This document shows, piece after piece, positions 1 to 9,493 of a stretch of DNA of 64,000 bases. This stretch comes from Candidatus Woesebacteria bacterium (GTDB lineage: Bacteria > Patescibacteriota > Microgenomatia > UBA8517). Position numbers and translations under genes: made by a program. The DNA lies in assembly GCA_963716475.1 (NCBI GenBank), contig OY970314.1:628790-692789 (forward strand), written 5' to 3'. Numbering within the stretch: position 1 is the stretch's first letter; every line of letters begins with the position of its first letter. The notes below the pieces were generated by a model that saw only the letters and a program-made list of their open reading frames with translations, made no database searches and was not told the DNA's origin.

Positions 1-163
1 CTTGATCGGCACGAAAGTGTCACCCGTACTCTAAAATAATAATATTTAAGCGCCTTTTTCAAGAGCAGGTGGTAGCGACAGGCTATTTTAAAACAACAAA
101 ATAACCAGCCCTCCTACCACCAAGAACTTCTACTTAGCAAACATTGTCAACCAACGGCCATTT

Positions 164-778
164 CTAAAATCCCAGGTTTTCCTTAACCAGAATTACTGTT
201 ACTCTTCCCTGTCTGATTTCTTTATTTACTACCAACAGTTTTGAAACATAGCTTCCGTTCACATTTCCCAAACCCCTTTGCCTTTCGGACTCCTTAAGAA
301 GCGAGTATTCATACACTCTTTTAACCCCCTCATCCCAATTTTTAACAATCTTCTGATACCCGACTACCCAAATTACATGCGGGGAAGAATAAGCATAAGG
401 CCCGAGTTGGCTTCCTGTGTTGCTGGCAATAAAAATATGTCCGTCTGAGCTTACCGCATGAACGCTTCCTATTGTCCACTCGGGAGCGGCACCAAGTTTT
501 TGCATGGCAAGTCCCTGGGTGGCTCTGTCCATTTTCATTAATTTTGCTCTTACGGAAGCGTATTTCCCGGATTCGTTGATTTCTTTTGTCACACCGATTG
601 CCTCAAGGGTTTGCGAAGACATGGTCATTACCTCGGCTCCGATTGGAATCAGTTCCAGCACTTTTTCTTTGGCTTTGCCTCCGTTTTCAACAATAAAAAC
701 TTCAAAATTTTCTTTTTTTAGAGAATCCACTGTTTTTTGAAGTGATTCATCACTTGCCGGGCGTGTCCAGTCTCTCAT
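164..778 (-). CDS. LUD-domain (LutC/YkgG-like) protein
   Basis: 204 aa; overall resemblance to DUF162/LUD family by eye; 4-nt overlap with downstream ORF. Confidence 0.45.
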   Translation of the reverse strand: MRDWTRPASDESLQKTVDSLKKENFEVFIVENGGKAKEKVLELIPIGAEVMTMSSQTLEAIGVTKEINESGKYASVRAKLMKMDRATQGLAMQKLGAAPEWTIGSVHAVSSDGHIFIASNTGSQLGPYAYSSPHVIWVVGYQKIVKNWDEGVKRVYEYSLLKESERQRGLGNVNGSYVSKLLVVNKEIRQGRVTVILVKENLGF

Positions 779-1332
779 TTCCTTTTCTTTTTGAAGATTG
801 TGAAAAAAGTGATTGAGGCAACCGCAAAGGCGTTAATCACAAACCAGCCGATCAGAATATTGCGGCCCAGTTTGTCGATCGTATCTTCCGTCAATTTTAA
901 GGTTCCGCCGGTAACGACATAGCCGGATATAGATCCGTTTGAATATTTATCGACAACCAATGCCTCCCTTATTCCCGGATAAGGCTGCCAGGTAACTTTA
1001 TCCTGCCCGTTACGTACAACCCAGTCGAAAGTTCTCTGAGGAATAGCCGGAACCTCTCCGTCAAGAGTGGCAGAGGTGACAATGACTTTTTTATTTTGAT
1101 CAAGAATAATTACAAAGGGATAAAGACTCTTGGACAGCTCGGTACTTGCCGGAAGCATCAAAGCCCGTGGCGAAACTCCGCTATTTAATTTATTTACGGC
1201 GTCGGACGACAACTGGAGCGGAACATAATTTGCGCTCATTCTTAGCATTTGCTGCGCAGTTCCGTAAACCATGATCGAAATCAGAGTTACAAAACCCACC
1301 GCAAGTGCCGAGAAGATAAAAATACGCTTCAT
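775..1332 (-). CDS. membrane-anchored hypothetical protein (N- and C-terminal TM helices)
   Basis: 185 aa ORF, hydrophobic termini, start overlaps upstream stop. Confidence 0.4.
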   Translation of the reverse strand: MKRIFIFSALAVGFVTLISIMVYGTAQQMLRMSANYVPLQLSSDAVNKLNSGVSPRALMLPASTELSKSLYPFVIILDQNKKVIVTSATLDGEVPAIPQRTFDWVVRNGQDKVTWQPYPGIREALVVDKYSNGSISGYVVTGGTLKLTEDTIDKLGRNILIGWFVINAFAVASITFFTIFKKKRK

Positions 1333-1359
1333 TCTGTTAATTATACTCCCGTAATAAAA

Positions 1360-2022
1360 TCAGCTTTTCAGTTCACCCACAAAACAATAATGCCTTCGGA
1401 CTGAGTCCTGCCAAATATCCGGAATTTTGAAGTCCTTGAATTCCTTTCGTATTAATTCTTTATTGAAAAGGTAATGTATCAATCCTTTTTCTCCCCCCTC
1501 TATCGGAACATAGGTTCTGGAATCGATTACCTTATATTTATATTTTTGGTGGCCATAACCCTCAATTATTGTAGAATTGGGATAAAACTTTCCGAATTTT
1601 CTCTTTCGAACGGTTATAAAAATCATTCCCCCAGGTTTTAGTACCCGGCTAATTTCCCTAACGGATTTGCGAATGTTTTCAATCTTCCCGTGATGAATTG
1701 TATTAGTGGAAATAACCGCATCAAAAGAATTATTTTTGTACGGCAATTTATTATAAATTGAACCGATATTCAAATCCGCCTGCAGTTTTTCGCTTTTCAA
1801 CCACTCTTTTGTAATCTTAATTCCTTGTTCTGCAATATCGATCCCGGAGACTTTAAAACCCTTCCTGGCAAGAAAGATAACGTGTCTTCCCGTACCGCAA
1901 CCCAAATCCAAAATTTTTCTAAAGTTGTGTTTTTTAAATAAATCCGCAACCTTTACCATGTCCTCATGGGGTTCAAGGAAAACTCTGCCTTGTTTTTTAA
2001 ATATCCTATTCCACTGTTTCAT
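1360..2022 (-). CDS. class I SAM-dependent methyltransferase
   Basis: motif I 'ILDLGCGTGRH' (GxGxG SAM-binding loop), 220 aa. Confidence 0.75.
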   Translation of the reverse strand: MKQWNRIFKKQGRVFLEPHEDMVKVADLFKKHNFRKILDLGCGTGRHVIFLARKGFKVSGIDIAEQGIKITKEWLKSEKLQADLNIGSIYNKLPYKNNSFDAVISTNTIHHGKIENIRKSVREISRVLKPGGMIFITVRKRKFGKFYPNSTIIEGYGHQKYKYKVIDSRTYVPIEGGEKGLIHYLFNKELIRKEFKDFKIPDIWQDSVRRHYCFVGELKS

Positions 2023-2064
2023 ACCTGAAGTATACCATTAAGGCTGTTTGAGGTTTTACCGCTA

Positions 2065-2400
2065 CTAGGGTTCAACGATTGGCTGAAGAGGACGGCCTGA
2101 GGCCAATTCTTCTTTCAGGTCTTCTATATATAGATCTACATACAGATCAACAATATCTTTGGGCCAGACTTCTTTCCACCTTTTTCTTCCCGCCTCTATT
2201 GACTCCGGATCTTCATTCGCCACACCAGCTTCAATTAATCTTTGACAGGTGGCAATAATGTCTCCTGACTCTCCACATGATTTTAGATAAACATTTTCTG
2301 CCGGCACATTATTGGCCTCAACCGTATGGGTCGTTCCGAGAGTTACAGGTATCTTTCTATCTTGTTCAGTCATTGCAAGGCGTATTGTATACCGATACAC
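2065..2400 (-). CDS. hypothetical protein
   Basis: 111 aa ORF; no recognised motif. Confidence 0.35.
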   Translation of the reverse strand: MYRYTIRLAMTEQDRKIPVTLGTTHTVEANNVPAENVYLKSCGESGDIIATCQRLIEAGVANEDPESIEAGRKRWKEVWPKDIVDLYVDLYIEDLKEELASGRPLQPIVEP

Positions 2401-2429
2401 AAGTTTTGGGCAAATAACCGGGCAGGAAT

Positions 2430-2810
2430 TTATTTTTCCAAAAGTTCTTTCAGAGGCCCGAGATAATAGGTTTTCCAGCCGTCGGCAATATCAGCCGCTT
2501 CCCCGTCCGGTACGTTTTCCTGAAATAAATCAAGCTCGGTTAATCCTTCTTTCTGCGTAAGAGTAAAGGTTAATTTCGAAGGCGCATCCCATTCTCCGCC
2601 GAACCATTCCTGTACCAACTCTTTATTCTTGATAACTTTAATATTTTTCCCGTGAATATCCCCTCCCCAGAGGGAAAACTCGGTTCCGATCTTCCCGTCC
2701 ATCCGGGCGGGGCCGCCTCCCCACCTGCTTATTATTTTCGGATCGGTGAGTGCCTCCCAGACTTTATTAACAGGAGCTTTTATTTTGTAAACTTGTTTTA
2801 TGGTTTTCAT
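2430..2810 (-). CDS. SRPBCC / AHSA1-like (activator of Hsp90 ATPase homologue) domain protein
   Basis: 126 aa; 'VNKVWEALTDPKIISRW...' pattern typical of SRPBCC ligand-binding fold. Confidence 0.55.
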   Translation of the reverse strand: MKTIKQVYKIKAPVNKVWEALTDPKIISRWGGGPARMDGKIGTEFSLWGGDIHGKNIKVIKNKELVQEWFGGEWDAPSKLTFTLTQKEGLTELDLFQENVPDGEAADIADGWKTYYLGPLKELLEK

Positions 2811-3394
2811 TCAATTTTTTTATACTTCAACAAAGTATCCTCAAATTTACCGTTTCTTACAACTCCACCCGGAAGCAAGCCATAATCAACAAAACCCATT
2901 TTCTCATATAAATTTCTGGCAATTTCATTGGTGGAGAAAACTTCTAAGGTTATAAGTTTTAACCCCGATAATTCTTTTACGGCTTCTTTAATAATCAGAT
3001 CTATCAAAATTTTCCCTATGCCGTCTCCCCTAAAATTTTTTGCTATTGAAATAGCTAAAACTCCGATGTGTTTTTCGGTTTTGTCCATCATGTGAACTTC
3101 GCTTGCACCAACAAGTTCATCGTTATGAAAAACCAGAAGGTGGACAGCCTTTTTGTTTAAAATTGCCTCCAGCCGGCTCTCAAGATATTTCTTTTCACTT
3201 TCCGGTGTTTCTTGCTCACCCTGATACCTAATAAATGTTTTTTCATTTGAGAGCTCATTTATGAAGTTAAGCATTTTTTTCAAATCGCCCGCTTCCGGAT
3301 AACGGATTAAAATCTCTTTCCCGGTATTTGTTTTACCTTGATATATAACTTTCATACGCTTATCGTCTGGGACTATATTAAAACTTTTTACCAT
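2807..3394 (-). CDS. GNAT family N-acetyltransferase
   Basis: acetyl-CoA binding motif 'RGDGIGKILIDLIIKEA', 195 aa, 4-nt overlap with downstream gene. Confidence 0.7.
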   Translation of the reverse strand: MVKSFNIVPDDKRMKVIYQGKTNTGKEILIRYPEAGDLKKMLNFINELSNEKTFIRYQGEQETPESEKKYLESRLEAILNKKAVHLLVFHNDELVGASEVHMMDKTEKHIGVLAISIAKNFRGDGIGKILIDLIIKEAVKELSGLKLITLEVFSTNEIARNLYEKMGFVDYGLLPGGVVRNGKFEDTLLKYKKIE

Positions 3395-3588
3395 GAATTG
3401 AAACTTGCGGGGGGCATATTGCAGTATCTACGCAATTTAATTTATTTTTTTACAACAAAATTAATAACATGATAATGCTTTTTATTCCAGTGGCCCCTGA
3501 GCCTTTATTCATTCCAGCTGTATTCTACAACATTACAATGTAACCCGGGTTCTCTTGACTTTTTCCGATAAGAAACCAATACTAAGGT

Positions 3589-3927
3589 ATGAAATTAATA
3601 GCCAGACTGGCAATTAACGTTTTTGCCCTTTTTGTAGTTGAATACCTGGTACCGGGATTTCATTTGGCCGGCATCTGGACAGCGGTTGTGGCGGCTGTTG
3701 TCATCGGAGTTGTTAATACTTTCATCCGCCCGATTGTTCAGCTTATCGCTCTTCCGATTTCAATACTGACATTCGGTATAGCGGCCTTTCTAATCAACGT
3801 TCTACTTCTTTGGGGAATATCAAAATTTGTTCCGGGATTTACGATTGACAGTTTTACAACAGCCCTTATTGCCTCTATTCTTCTTTCACTCGTCTCCTGG
3901 TTTATGCATAAGCTCGCGAGGGAGTAA
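3589..3927 (+). CDS. phage-holin-4-like (YvlD/PF04020-type) small membrane protein
   Basis: 112 aa, 3-4 TM segments; 'VNTFIRPIVQLIALPISILTFG' matches family consensus by eye. Confidence 0.6.
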   Translation: MKLIARLAINVFALFVVEYLVPGFHLAGIWTAVVAAVVIGVVNTFIRPIVQLIALPISILTFGIAAFLINVLLLWGISKFVPGFTIDSFTTALIASILLSLVSWFMHKLARE

Positions 3928-3986
3928 TCCGTTACCCCACATAATTTTTTAAGGTTTATTTCAGAAAATAATAATATTATTCGGGA

Positions 3987-4322
3987 ATGACAGGTTTAAT
4001 AAAAAAGAGTCTGAATAATCCGGAAGATACTCAGACACCCGAAAAGCTGAAGTCTGAGGTTGTTGTGGTGGATGGCGTTAAGATTCAGCGGGTTACCGTA
4101 GCGCCGGGGTGGCATTGGTCAGAACATTTAAAACCGGTCGTCGGAGGCGACAGCTGTCAGCTGGACCACCTTCTTTACATGCTTTCGGGTAATCTCAGGG
4201 TCAAGATGGAAGACGGAAGTATTGAAGAATTCGGTCCCGGAGATGTAGGAAGAATTCCTCCCGGACACGACGGCTGGAATATCGGGAGTGACGATTTGGT
4301 TTGGCTTGAAATACCGCACTAA
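3987..4322 (+). CDS. cupin-domain protein
   Basis: 111 aa, His-containing cupin motif 'GWHWSEH...', beta-rich. Confidence 0.5.
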   Translation: MTGLIKKSLNNPEDTQTPEKLKSEVVVVDGVKIQRVTVAPGWHWSEHLKPVVGGDSCQLDHLLYMLSGNLRVKMEDGSIEEFGPGDVGRIPPGHDGWNIGSDDLVWLEIPH

Positions 4323-4558
4323 TTGGGGTTTATAGCCGGCTTTTCCAGATTGTGAAGCATTTTGACGGCCTCGCTGACTCTGGATTTTAGTTCAATCTCG
4401 ACTTCATTTTTGAGAGCATCTTTGGTGATTTTTTCAAACACTTTTTTTGTCAAAGGGTCCTCACACGACAGGAAATCATCATAAAGCTTCAATGCGGTAC
4501 TTTGCGCCTCCCAAACCACGGGGTCAAGGTGACTATAAAGTATAAACTCCTTTGCCAT
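4319..4558 (-). CDS. hypothetical protein
   Basis: 79 aa ORF, immediately upstream of mscL on same strand. Confidence 0.35.
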   Translation of the reverse strand: MAKEFILYSHLDPVVWEAQSTALKLYDDFLSCEDPLTKKVFEKITKDALKNEVEIELKSRVSEAVKMLHNLEKPAINPN

Positions 4559-4561
4559 ATC

Positions 4562-4969
4562 TTACTTCCGTTCCAAAATTGAGGTGCAAAACGGGCACCT
4601 TCTTGCGTCAAGAGGAATAATACTCAGGCATTCGGGGCATTTTTTTGTTGTCGGATCAATCGGCTTTTGCTTCTTTGTTAAGGAAATCAGCTTATTCATC
4701 GGAAGCATAACCAGAAAATAAATAACGAAGGCAATAATAAGAAAAGAAATAAGAGCGTTTAAGAAATCTCCTACCAAAAACTGACTGTGATTAATTGTAA
4801 AACTTAATGTCGAAAAATCGGGCTTTCCACCGATTGCGGCAATAATGGGGGTAATTATATCTTTAACCAGCGCTGTAACAACCGTTCCGAAAGCAACACC
4901 GATGACAACACCAACCGCGAGGTCAACCACATTCCCCTTCAAAATGAATTCCTTAAATCCTTTTAACAT
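4562..4969 (-). CDS. mscL: large-conductance mechanosensitive channel MscL with C-terminal zinc-ribbon extension
   Basis: 'LKGFKEFILKGNVVDLAVGVVIGVAFGTVV' canonical MscL N-terminus/TM1; C-terminal 'CPECLS...CPFC'. Confidence 0.8.
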   Translation of the reverse strand: MLKGFKEFILKGNVVDLAVGVVIGVAFGTVVTALVKDIITPIIAAIGGKPDFSTLSFTINHSQFLVGDFLNALISFLIIAFVIYFLVMLPMNKLISLTKKQKPIDPTTKKCPECLSIIPLDARRCPFCTSILERK

Positions 4970-5023
4970 TTATCTAATACGATTATATTGCAAATCCTGA
5001 GAGTTGTCGAAAGATTACAATCG

Positions 5024-5377
5024 TTAGCTTGTCGAAGGACTAACTTCGTCTTCCACAAGACGGAAAGGACCGCTTACCGAGTGGCAGCCAGGCCTATAAG
5101 TATTTGAGTAGTAATCGCAGTCTTCGCTGCGAATAAAAACAAGCATCACTCCGTTGGGTAATTTTTCATAAGAATCCACCATTGAAACATTCTCATGGGG
5201 ATAATCCTGGGGTAATTTCCGTATTTGCTCAGGGGTAATTGTAGGCAACTTTGCTATTTCCCGGGGATCATGAAGAACGGTAACTTCCCGAAAAATATCC
5301 AGTTCACCATTACGGGTTGGCTCATGAATACTAAATACGCTCCTATCCTCCCTGTGTTCAACTTTTTCTATTGTCAT
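5024..5377 (-). CDS. hypothetical protein
   Basis: 117 aa ORF. Confidence 0.4.
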   Translation of the reverse strand: MTIEKVEHREDRSVFSIHEPTRNGELDIFREVTVLHDPREIAKLPTITPEQIRKLPQDYPHENVSMVDSYEKLPNGVMLVFIRSEDCDYYSNTYRPGCHSVSGPFRLVEDEVSPSTS

Positions 5378-5398
5378 ACGTTTATTCCCGGTTTTGGA

Positions 5399-5830
5399 TC
5401 ACTCTTTAATTTTGTATATCTTTGGCTCCCCGTCTTCTATACCGGCCTTTAGTTGATTAGACGTGGAAAAAACAAGGAACTGGGTTTTCAGGTGACCGGA
5501 AAGAAGATATCCTCTCATCATCTGTGCCTTTGGATACTTAAAAGGATAAAGTGGATCGTCCCAGCTCTCTTCATGATCAAGGACAGGCCATTTGACAGAC
5601 GCCTCGCACAAAGCTGCCATTGTGTCCTCCGACCCTGTTTCTCTTAAACGGCTTACATCCTCATACCCCGCGTAAATACCGGCTGTTTTTTGTTCGGGAT
5701 TTATCAATACCTTTATACAGGTTAAATGCCTATCACCCTGATTAAACCGGGCATTAAGGCTCTTCGCCAGATCGTAAGCTGTATCCCAATCGTCATCCCA
5801 CTCAGTTGAGACGTGATTTTCTTCCTTCAT
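5399..5830 (-). CDS. hypothetical protein (leaderless, shares duplicated promoter with next gene)
   Basis: 143 aa ORF; TATAAT 7 nt upstream of ATG. Confidence 0.45.
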   Translation of the reverse strand: MKEENHVSTEWDDDWDTAYDLAKSLNARFNQGDRHLTCIKVLINPEQKTAGIYAGYEDVSRLRETGSEDTMAALCEASVKWPVLDHEESWDDPLYPFKYPKAQMMRGYLLSGHLKTQFLVFSTSNQLKAGIEDGEPKIYKIKE

Positions 5831-5858
5831 GCCTACATTATAGTCTTAAGGGTCAATT
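5823..5858 (-). promoter_or_regulatory. duplicated promoter/5' region copy 1 (cttaagacTATAATgtaggcATGaagga)
   Basis: 36-bp near-identical to 6866..6901; TATAAT hexamer 7 nt before ATG. Confidence 0.45.
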
Positions 5859-5889
5859 TTTGGGCCATATTTCGGTGACTTTCATCAGT

Positions 5890-6873
5890 TCAAAGAGAAG
5901 ACAATAATTTATAGTCCGATATCTCTATTGAACGCGATAAACTAAAGCCGTCGGTTTGATCAACCGGTTTTGACTTAAAATCATAGGTTACATTTTTTCC
6001 GTCATGACTGCATGTAATTCCCATAGCAACTTCTACTTTGTTATCAATATTAATCTCAACTGTATTTTCATTGTGATTGTATCCGTACCCGGCTCTTTCC
6101 AAAAAGTGGACCGCCCTTCCCGGTCCTTTTACTGTTACCGTTTGACCATATTTAATTTTTGAAAGAGCCTCGATAGTCATTGCTTTATCAAAATAAAGTA
6201 TTTTCCTGCGATCTTCGGAATAATCCCCATCGGAAGATGTTTCCGGAGTGTGATATCTGTCGAAAACTAACTCACAGGGGGTTTCTAAATCGTTGAGATT
6301 ACCAAAATTAGGGACAACAGGATCGTTCAGAAAATCATAGACCATGTTTTTGTAGGCGTACTTCAGATTTCTCCTGCACACAAAAAGATCCAAAGATATA
6401 ATAAACCCGTCTATTCCTATTTGCGGCGGGGTATTCCCCCCGTCACTTTTTTCGGCTTTGGGGTCAGTTTCGCTTATTGTAAAAATATGCATATCTTCTC
6501 TTTTTTTGAATCCGAGATGAAGTGAAACCCTCTCGTTATTTCTGTGAAGCTCGCTTCCGTCCTCGCGTCCATAAGGCCAATCCACATAGTCCGTATATCT
6601 ATAGCCCTCAACTTCCGTTTTTCCGAGTTTTATTTCGGATGCTTCCGCATTAAGAATCAAATCGTTTATCGCCTCTGCGGGAAAGGTGTAGTAATCTACG
6701 TCGTGGACGCTTCCTCCTCCGCTTTCGTCAATCGTTCCCGGAGCCATTAAGTAAGTAGCCTTGTTTGCTTCACGATTAACCCGAAGATGTTTCGGATAGG
6801 GGAGGAATTTGTTTATCCCGGCAAGCGCTTCGTCAACGACTGCTCTTTGCCGTTCGGATATTTGCTCCTTCAT
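5890..6873 (-). CDS. hypothetical protein
   Basis: 327 aa ORF; identical 36-bp promoter/5' region as 5399..5830. Confidence 0.5.
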   Translation of the reverse strand: MKEQISERQRAVVDEALAGINKFLPYPKHLRVNREANKATYLMAPGTIDESGGGSVHDVDYYTFPAEAINDLILNAEASEIKLGKTEVEGYRYTDYVDWPYGREDGSELHRNNERVSLHLGFKKREDMHIFTISETDPKAEKSDGGNTPPQIGIDGFIISLDLFVCRRNLKYAYKNMVYDFLNDPVVPNFGNLNDLETPCELVFDRYHTPETSSDGDYSEDRRKILYFDKAMTIEALSKIKYGQTVTVKGPGRAVHFLERAGYGYNHNENTVEINIDNKVEVAMGITCSHDGKNVTYDFKSKPVDQTDGFSLSRSIEISDYKLLSSL

Positions 6874-6901
6874 GCCTACATTATAGTCTTAAGAGTCAAT
6901 T
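6866..6901 (-). promoter_or_regulatory. duplicated promoter/5' region copy 2
   Basis: 1 mismatch vs 5823..5858. Confidence 0.45.
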
Positions 6902-6906
6902 ATGGG

Positions 6907-7353
6907 GTGAGACTTTTGACCGGAGGAAGTTTCCAACCGGCGACGCAATCAAGAGTTCAAATTCGGTTGGCTCCTATTTACACCGATGATAGAATCAGAA
7001 CTGTGGTAGAAACACCGAACTTGTGGAGTCAGGTTGAAAATGTAGAAGGCCCGTTTGGTCCAAGATTGTCGGGCGAACCTGAAATTGTTCACGAAACCCA
7101 GGATTTCCTTAGAGAACAGGGAATACCGATTAGTCGGGCGCAAATACAAATTATTTTGGAAAGTGTCCCCGATGTCTTTCCTGAAGGTTGGTTAGATCCG
7201 GGAACATTTGAACAACTATCTGACAAGCAAAAGGAGGTTGGCTACAAAATAATCGAGGCTAATCCGAAAGTTAGGGTTTATGGGCTCGGGGTCCAAAAGG
7301 TCATCGAATTTGCAGTTTCCTACAGAAATCAGTTTGGACAAAAAACTAAATAG
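6907..7353 (+). CDS. hypothetical protein (start shifted to in-frame GTG to avoid 87-nt antisense overlap)
   Basis: ORF-track ATG at 6787 overlaps 5890..6873; in-frame GTG at 6907 / TTG at 6916. Confidence 0.35.
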   Translation: MRLLTGGSFQPATQSRVQIRLAPIYTDDRIRTVVETPNLWSQVENVEGPFGPRLSGEPEIVHETQDFLREQGIPISRAQIQIILESVPDVFPEGWLDPGTFEQLSDKQKEVGYKIIEANPKVRVYGLGVQKVIEFAVSYRNQFGQKTK

Positions 7354-7386
7354 CTTCTTCAAACTTCTCCGGATATTCTTCAGATT

Positions 7387-7629
7387 TTAAACCTGCTTGC
7401 GGCGGTTAACGGAAGCAATTACTGAAACCAATAAACAAACTGCGGCTGCTCCTATTATCAACAAAATAAAGCCAAGAAAATAAACCGCGCCAATCCCCTT
7501 AATTACCGAAAATTCATTTTGCAGCTCCGGCTTTATTATCATTTCGCACTCTCCCTGGACAAGAAAAAAGCCGATTAAAGAAAGAAACGCCAGCAATAAC
7601 AGTTTGAGAAAGAGTAAGAGTTTGAGCAT
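7387..7629 (-). CDS. small membrane protein
   Basis: 80 aa, two hydrophobic helices. Confidence 0.35.
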   Translation of the reverse strand: MLKLLLFLKLLLLAFLSLIGFFLVQGECEMIIKPELQNEFSVIKGIGAVYFLGFILLIIGAAAVCLLVSVIASVNRRKQV

Positions 7630-7634
7630 CTCTT

Positions 7635-7973
7635 TTAGCGCATTTTATTCCATACCCGGGTTGCAACCCAACCGAATACGTAGCCGACTACAAACGTCAT
7701 GACTACCAAAGCAATCGCGGTTAAGCCGTTAAACGATCTGACTTGTAATGGACTATTAAGGAAATGAAGGCCGAAAATAAAATTCAGCCATCTTTGGGCC
7801 AAGCCGAGAGCTACCATAATGACCCAAACCAGTTCACAAAAACCGATTATAAGTCCGCTATAAAGTCCGACTGTTTTAGGATTAAACTTCATTTTTCTCA
7901 CCGCCTCCCAAGTGAGATAGCTCTTAGAGGAGCATCTCACGGGATCCCGTTGGATGCACGATGTGCTATCCAA
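7635..7973 (-). CDS. membrane protein
   Basis: 112 aa, 3 predicted TM helices. Confidence 0.4.
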   Translation of the reverse strand: MDSTSCIQRDPVRCSSKSYLTWEAVRKMKFNPKTVGLYSGLIIGFCELVWVIMVALGLAQRWLNFIFGLHFLNSPLQVRSFNGLTAIALVVMTFVVGYVFGWVATRVWNKMR

Positions 7974-8044
7974 CTGGGACCTTCTTTCATTTTAAACCAT
8001 GAAGCAACAAATTACCTTGCTTCCCTCAGGAGTATAATTTAGTT

Positions 8045-8515
8045 GTGAAAAGAGAAGCGAAAGATTTGTGGAATATACCGATTAAGGATATACCGACATT
8101 TCTTAATGCTCGGATCGAAAAAGCTGCTAAGTTTGTAGAAAATAAAATCAACTATTACAGGAAACGTCCCGGTTTATTTCGTTCGAATTTAAATTCATTT
8201 TTTTATAGAGCAAAATACAACCTGCAAAATTATATAGATCCACCCCCGCCTCAGGGGAAAAAAGAGCGGACCGATGATTACTTTGACAGAATCGACCCCA
8301 AATATGGCCTTCGGTTTTACAAGACGATGGTCAATATTGCGTTAAATATTGACTTGGGTTACGCCTTGGAGCAAGTTAAAACAGCCTATCGTGATAAGAA
8401 ATCAAGGGATTTAATGAAAGAATTTGTAATAAAGGTGGCGGAAGTCGAGCAAAAAAATAAGGAACAATACCAGAAGTTTTTAATCAGAAGCGAAATTCTG
8501 AAGAACCAGGGTTAA
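8045..8515 (+). CDS. hypothetical protein (GTG start, leaderless: TATAAT 6 nt upstream)
   Basis: 156 aa ORF; its last 35 bp are repeated at 9061..9095. Confidence 0.45.
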   Translation: MKREAKDLWNIPIKDIPTFLNARIEKAAKFVENKINYYRKRPGLFRSNLNSFFYRAKYNLQNYIDPPPPQGKKERTDDYFDRIDPKYGLRFYKTMVNIALNIDLGYALEQVKTAYRDKKSRDLMKEFVIKVAEVEQKNKEQYQKFLIRSEILKNQG

Positions 8516-8654
8516 CTCCTTCTCAAGATTGTCCGCAAATACACCCAAGTCGGAATAATCTTTTGAAACAATTCACTTAACACCTTGAGCCTTAGCACGA
8601 TCGTTGTATTCCGGAACTGACCAATACTTGATTCTATGGTTTAGAATATAAGTA

Positions 8655-8990
8655 ATGGCAATCGAAAACGAAAAGCCGGAAAACGATCCACCGCTTGAGG
8701 GCTTTAATTCAGACTCGAATATGTTCAAATGGGACAGAAATCATCTCGTGAACCCGATAACAACATTTGAACAAACCTTGTTCGACTTGAGACACCCTAG
8801 CTCAAAATTACCTTCTTTGTCCAATCCGAGAATCGGGCCGCCCAGACAAATATCACCAGAAATCGGTTTACAATCTTCAAGTCAAGATTACATAAGGGAA
8901 TGGGATTCCCCGTATTACGACTCTAATGGAAACGTTAAGTATTATGTGCACATCCGCTTCAACTACACAAAAGGGCAATATGAGCCTTAA
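8655..8990 (+). CDS. hypothetical protein
   Basis: 111 aa; TAGAAT 7 nt upstream of ATG. Confidence 0.35.
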   Translation: MAIENEKPENDPPLEGFNSDSNMFKWDRNHLVNPITTFEQTLFDLRHPSSKLPSLSNPRIGPPRQISPEIGLQSSSQDYIREWDSPYYDSNGNVKYYVHIRFNYTKGQYEP

Positions 8991-9060
8991 TTATTTCCCA
9001 AGTCATCACAGAATAGGATTTAAACAGAGTAAGGATTTAAAGAAAAGGATCAAAAATTCT

Positions 9061-9095
9061 TAATCAGGAACGAAATTCTGAAGAACCAGGGTTAA
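9061..9095 (+). pseudogene. relic 3' end of a paralogue of gene 8045..8515 (..KEKDQKFLIRNEILKNQG*)
   Basis: 35-bp direct repeat of 8481..8515 (2 mismatches), in-frame C-terminal peptide preserved, stop upstream. Confidence 0.5.
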
Positions 9096-9493
9096 AACGG
9101 AATGTCTTTCTTTATTGTATCGTGATGGGTAAATTCATCACCAAAATGTCTGTAGTTACACCATTGGCAGTTTTCAGTCTCGGGAGGTGTTGGGCCGGCA
9201 AGAAGTATGTCAATTTTCTTTGCAAACTTTAAAAATCCGGTATCATCTACCGGAACCTCGAGCCAAATTGGAGGAAATGTTAAATTAGCATTGGCATTTT
9301 CAAAATTTACCTGGTCTGGATAAAAAATCAAAAGCCCGAGTCTTGTTATTTTAATGGAATCACCACTTGCCGGATTTTCTAAAGCATACTTATAAGCATT
9401 AAGCTGTGTGCCATATTTATCAATTTTTTCAACATTTGCCTGACTTATTTTAAGATCAACTAAAAGGTGTGAACCATCTCCAAGCTTAACCAA
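9092..9493 (-). pseudogene. PD-(D/E)xK (RecB/Cas4-like) nuclease C-terminal fragment
   Basis: TTG start only; 'GDGSHLLVDLK' (D..D-x-K), 'QLNAYKY' (QxxxY motif), 'CQWCNYRHF'; frame closed 16 codons upstream. Confidence 0.35.

Noticed and set aside
6787-6906. ORF-track ATG start at 6787 for gene 6787..7353
   Set aside because: It would overlap 87 nt of the convergent-strand gene 5890..6873 and its duplicated promoter. In-frame GTG (6907) and TTG (6916) starts remove the conflict.
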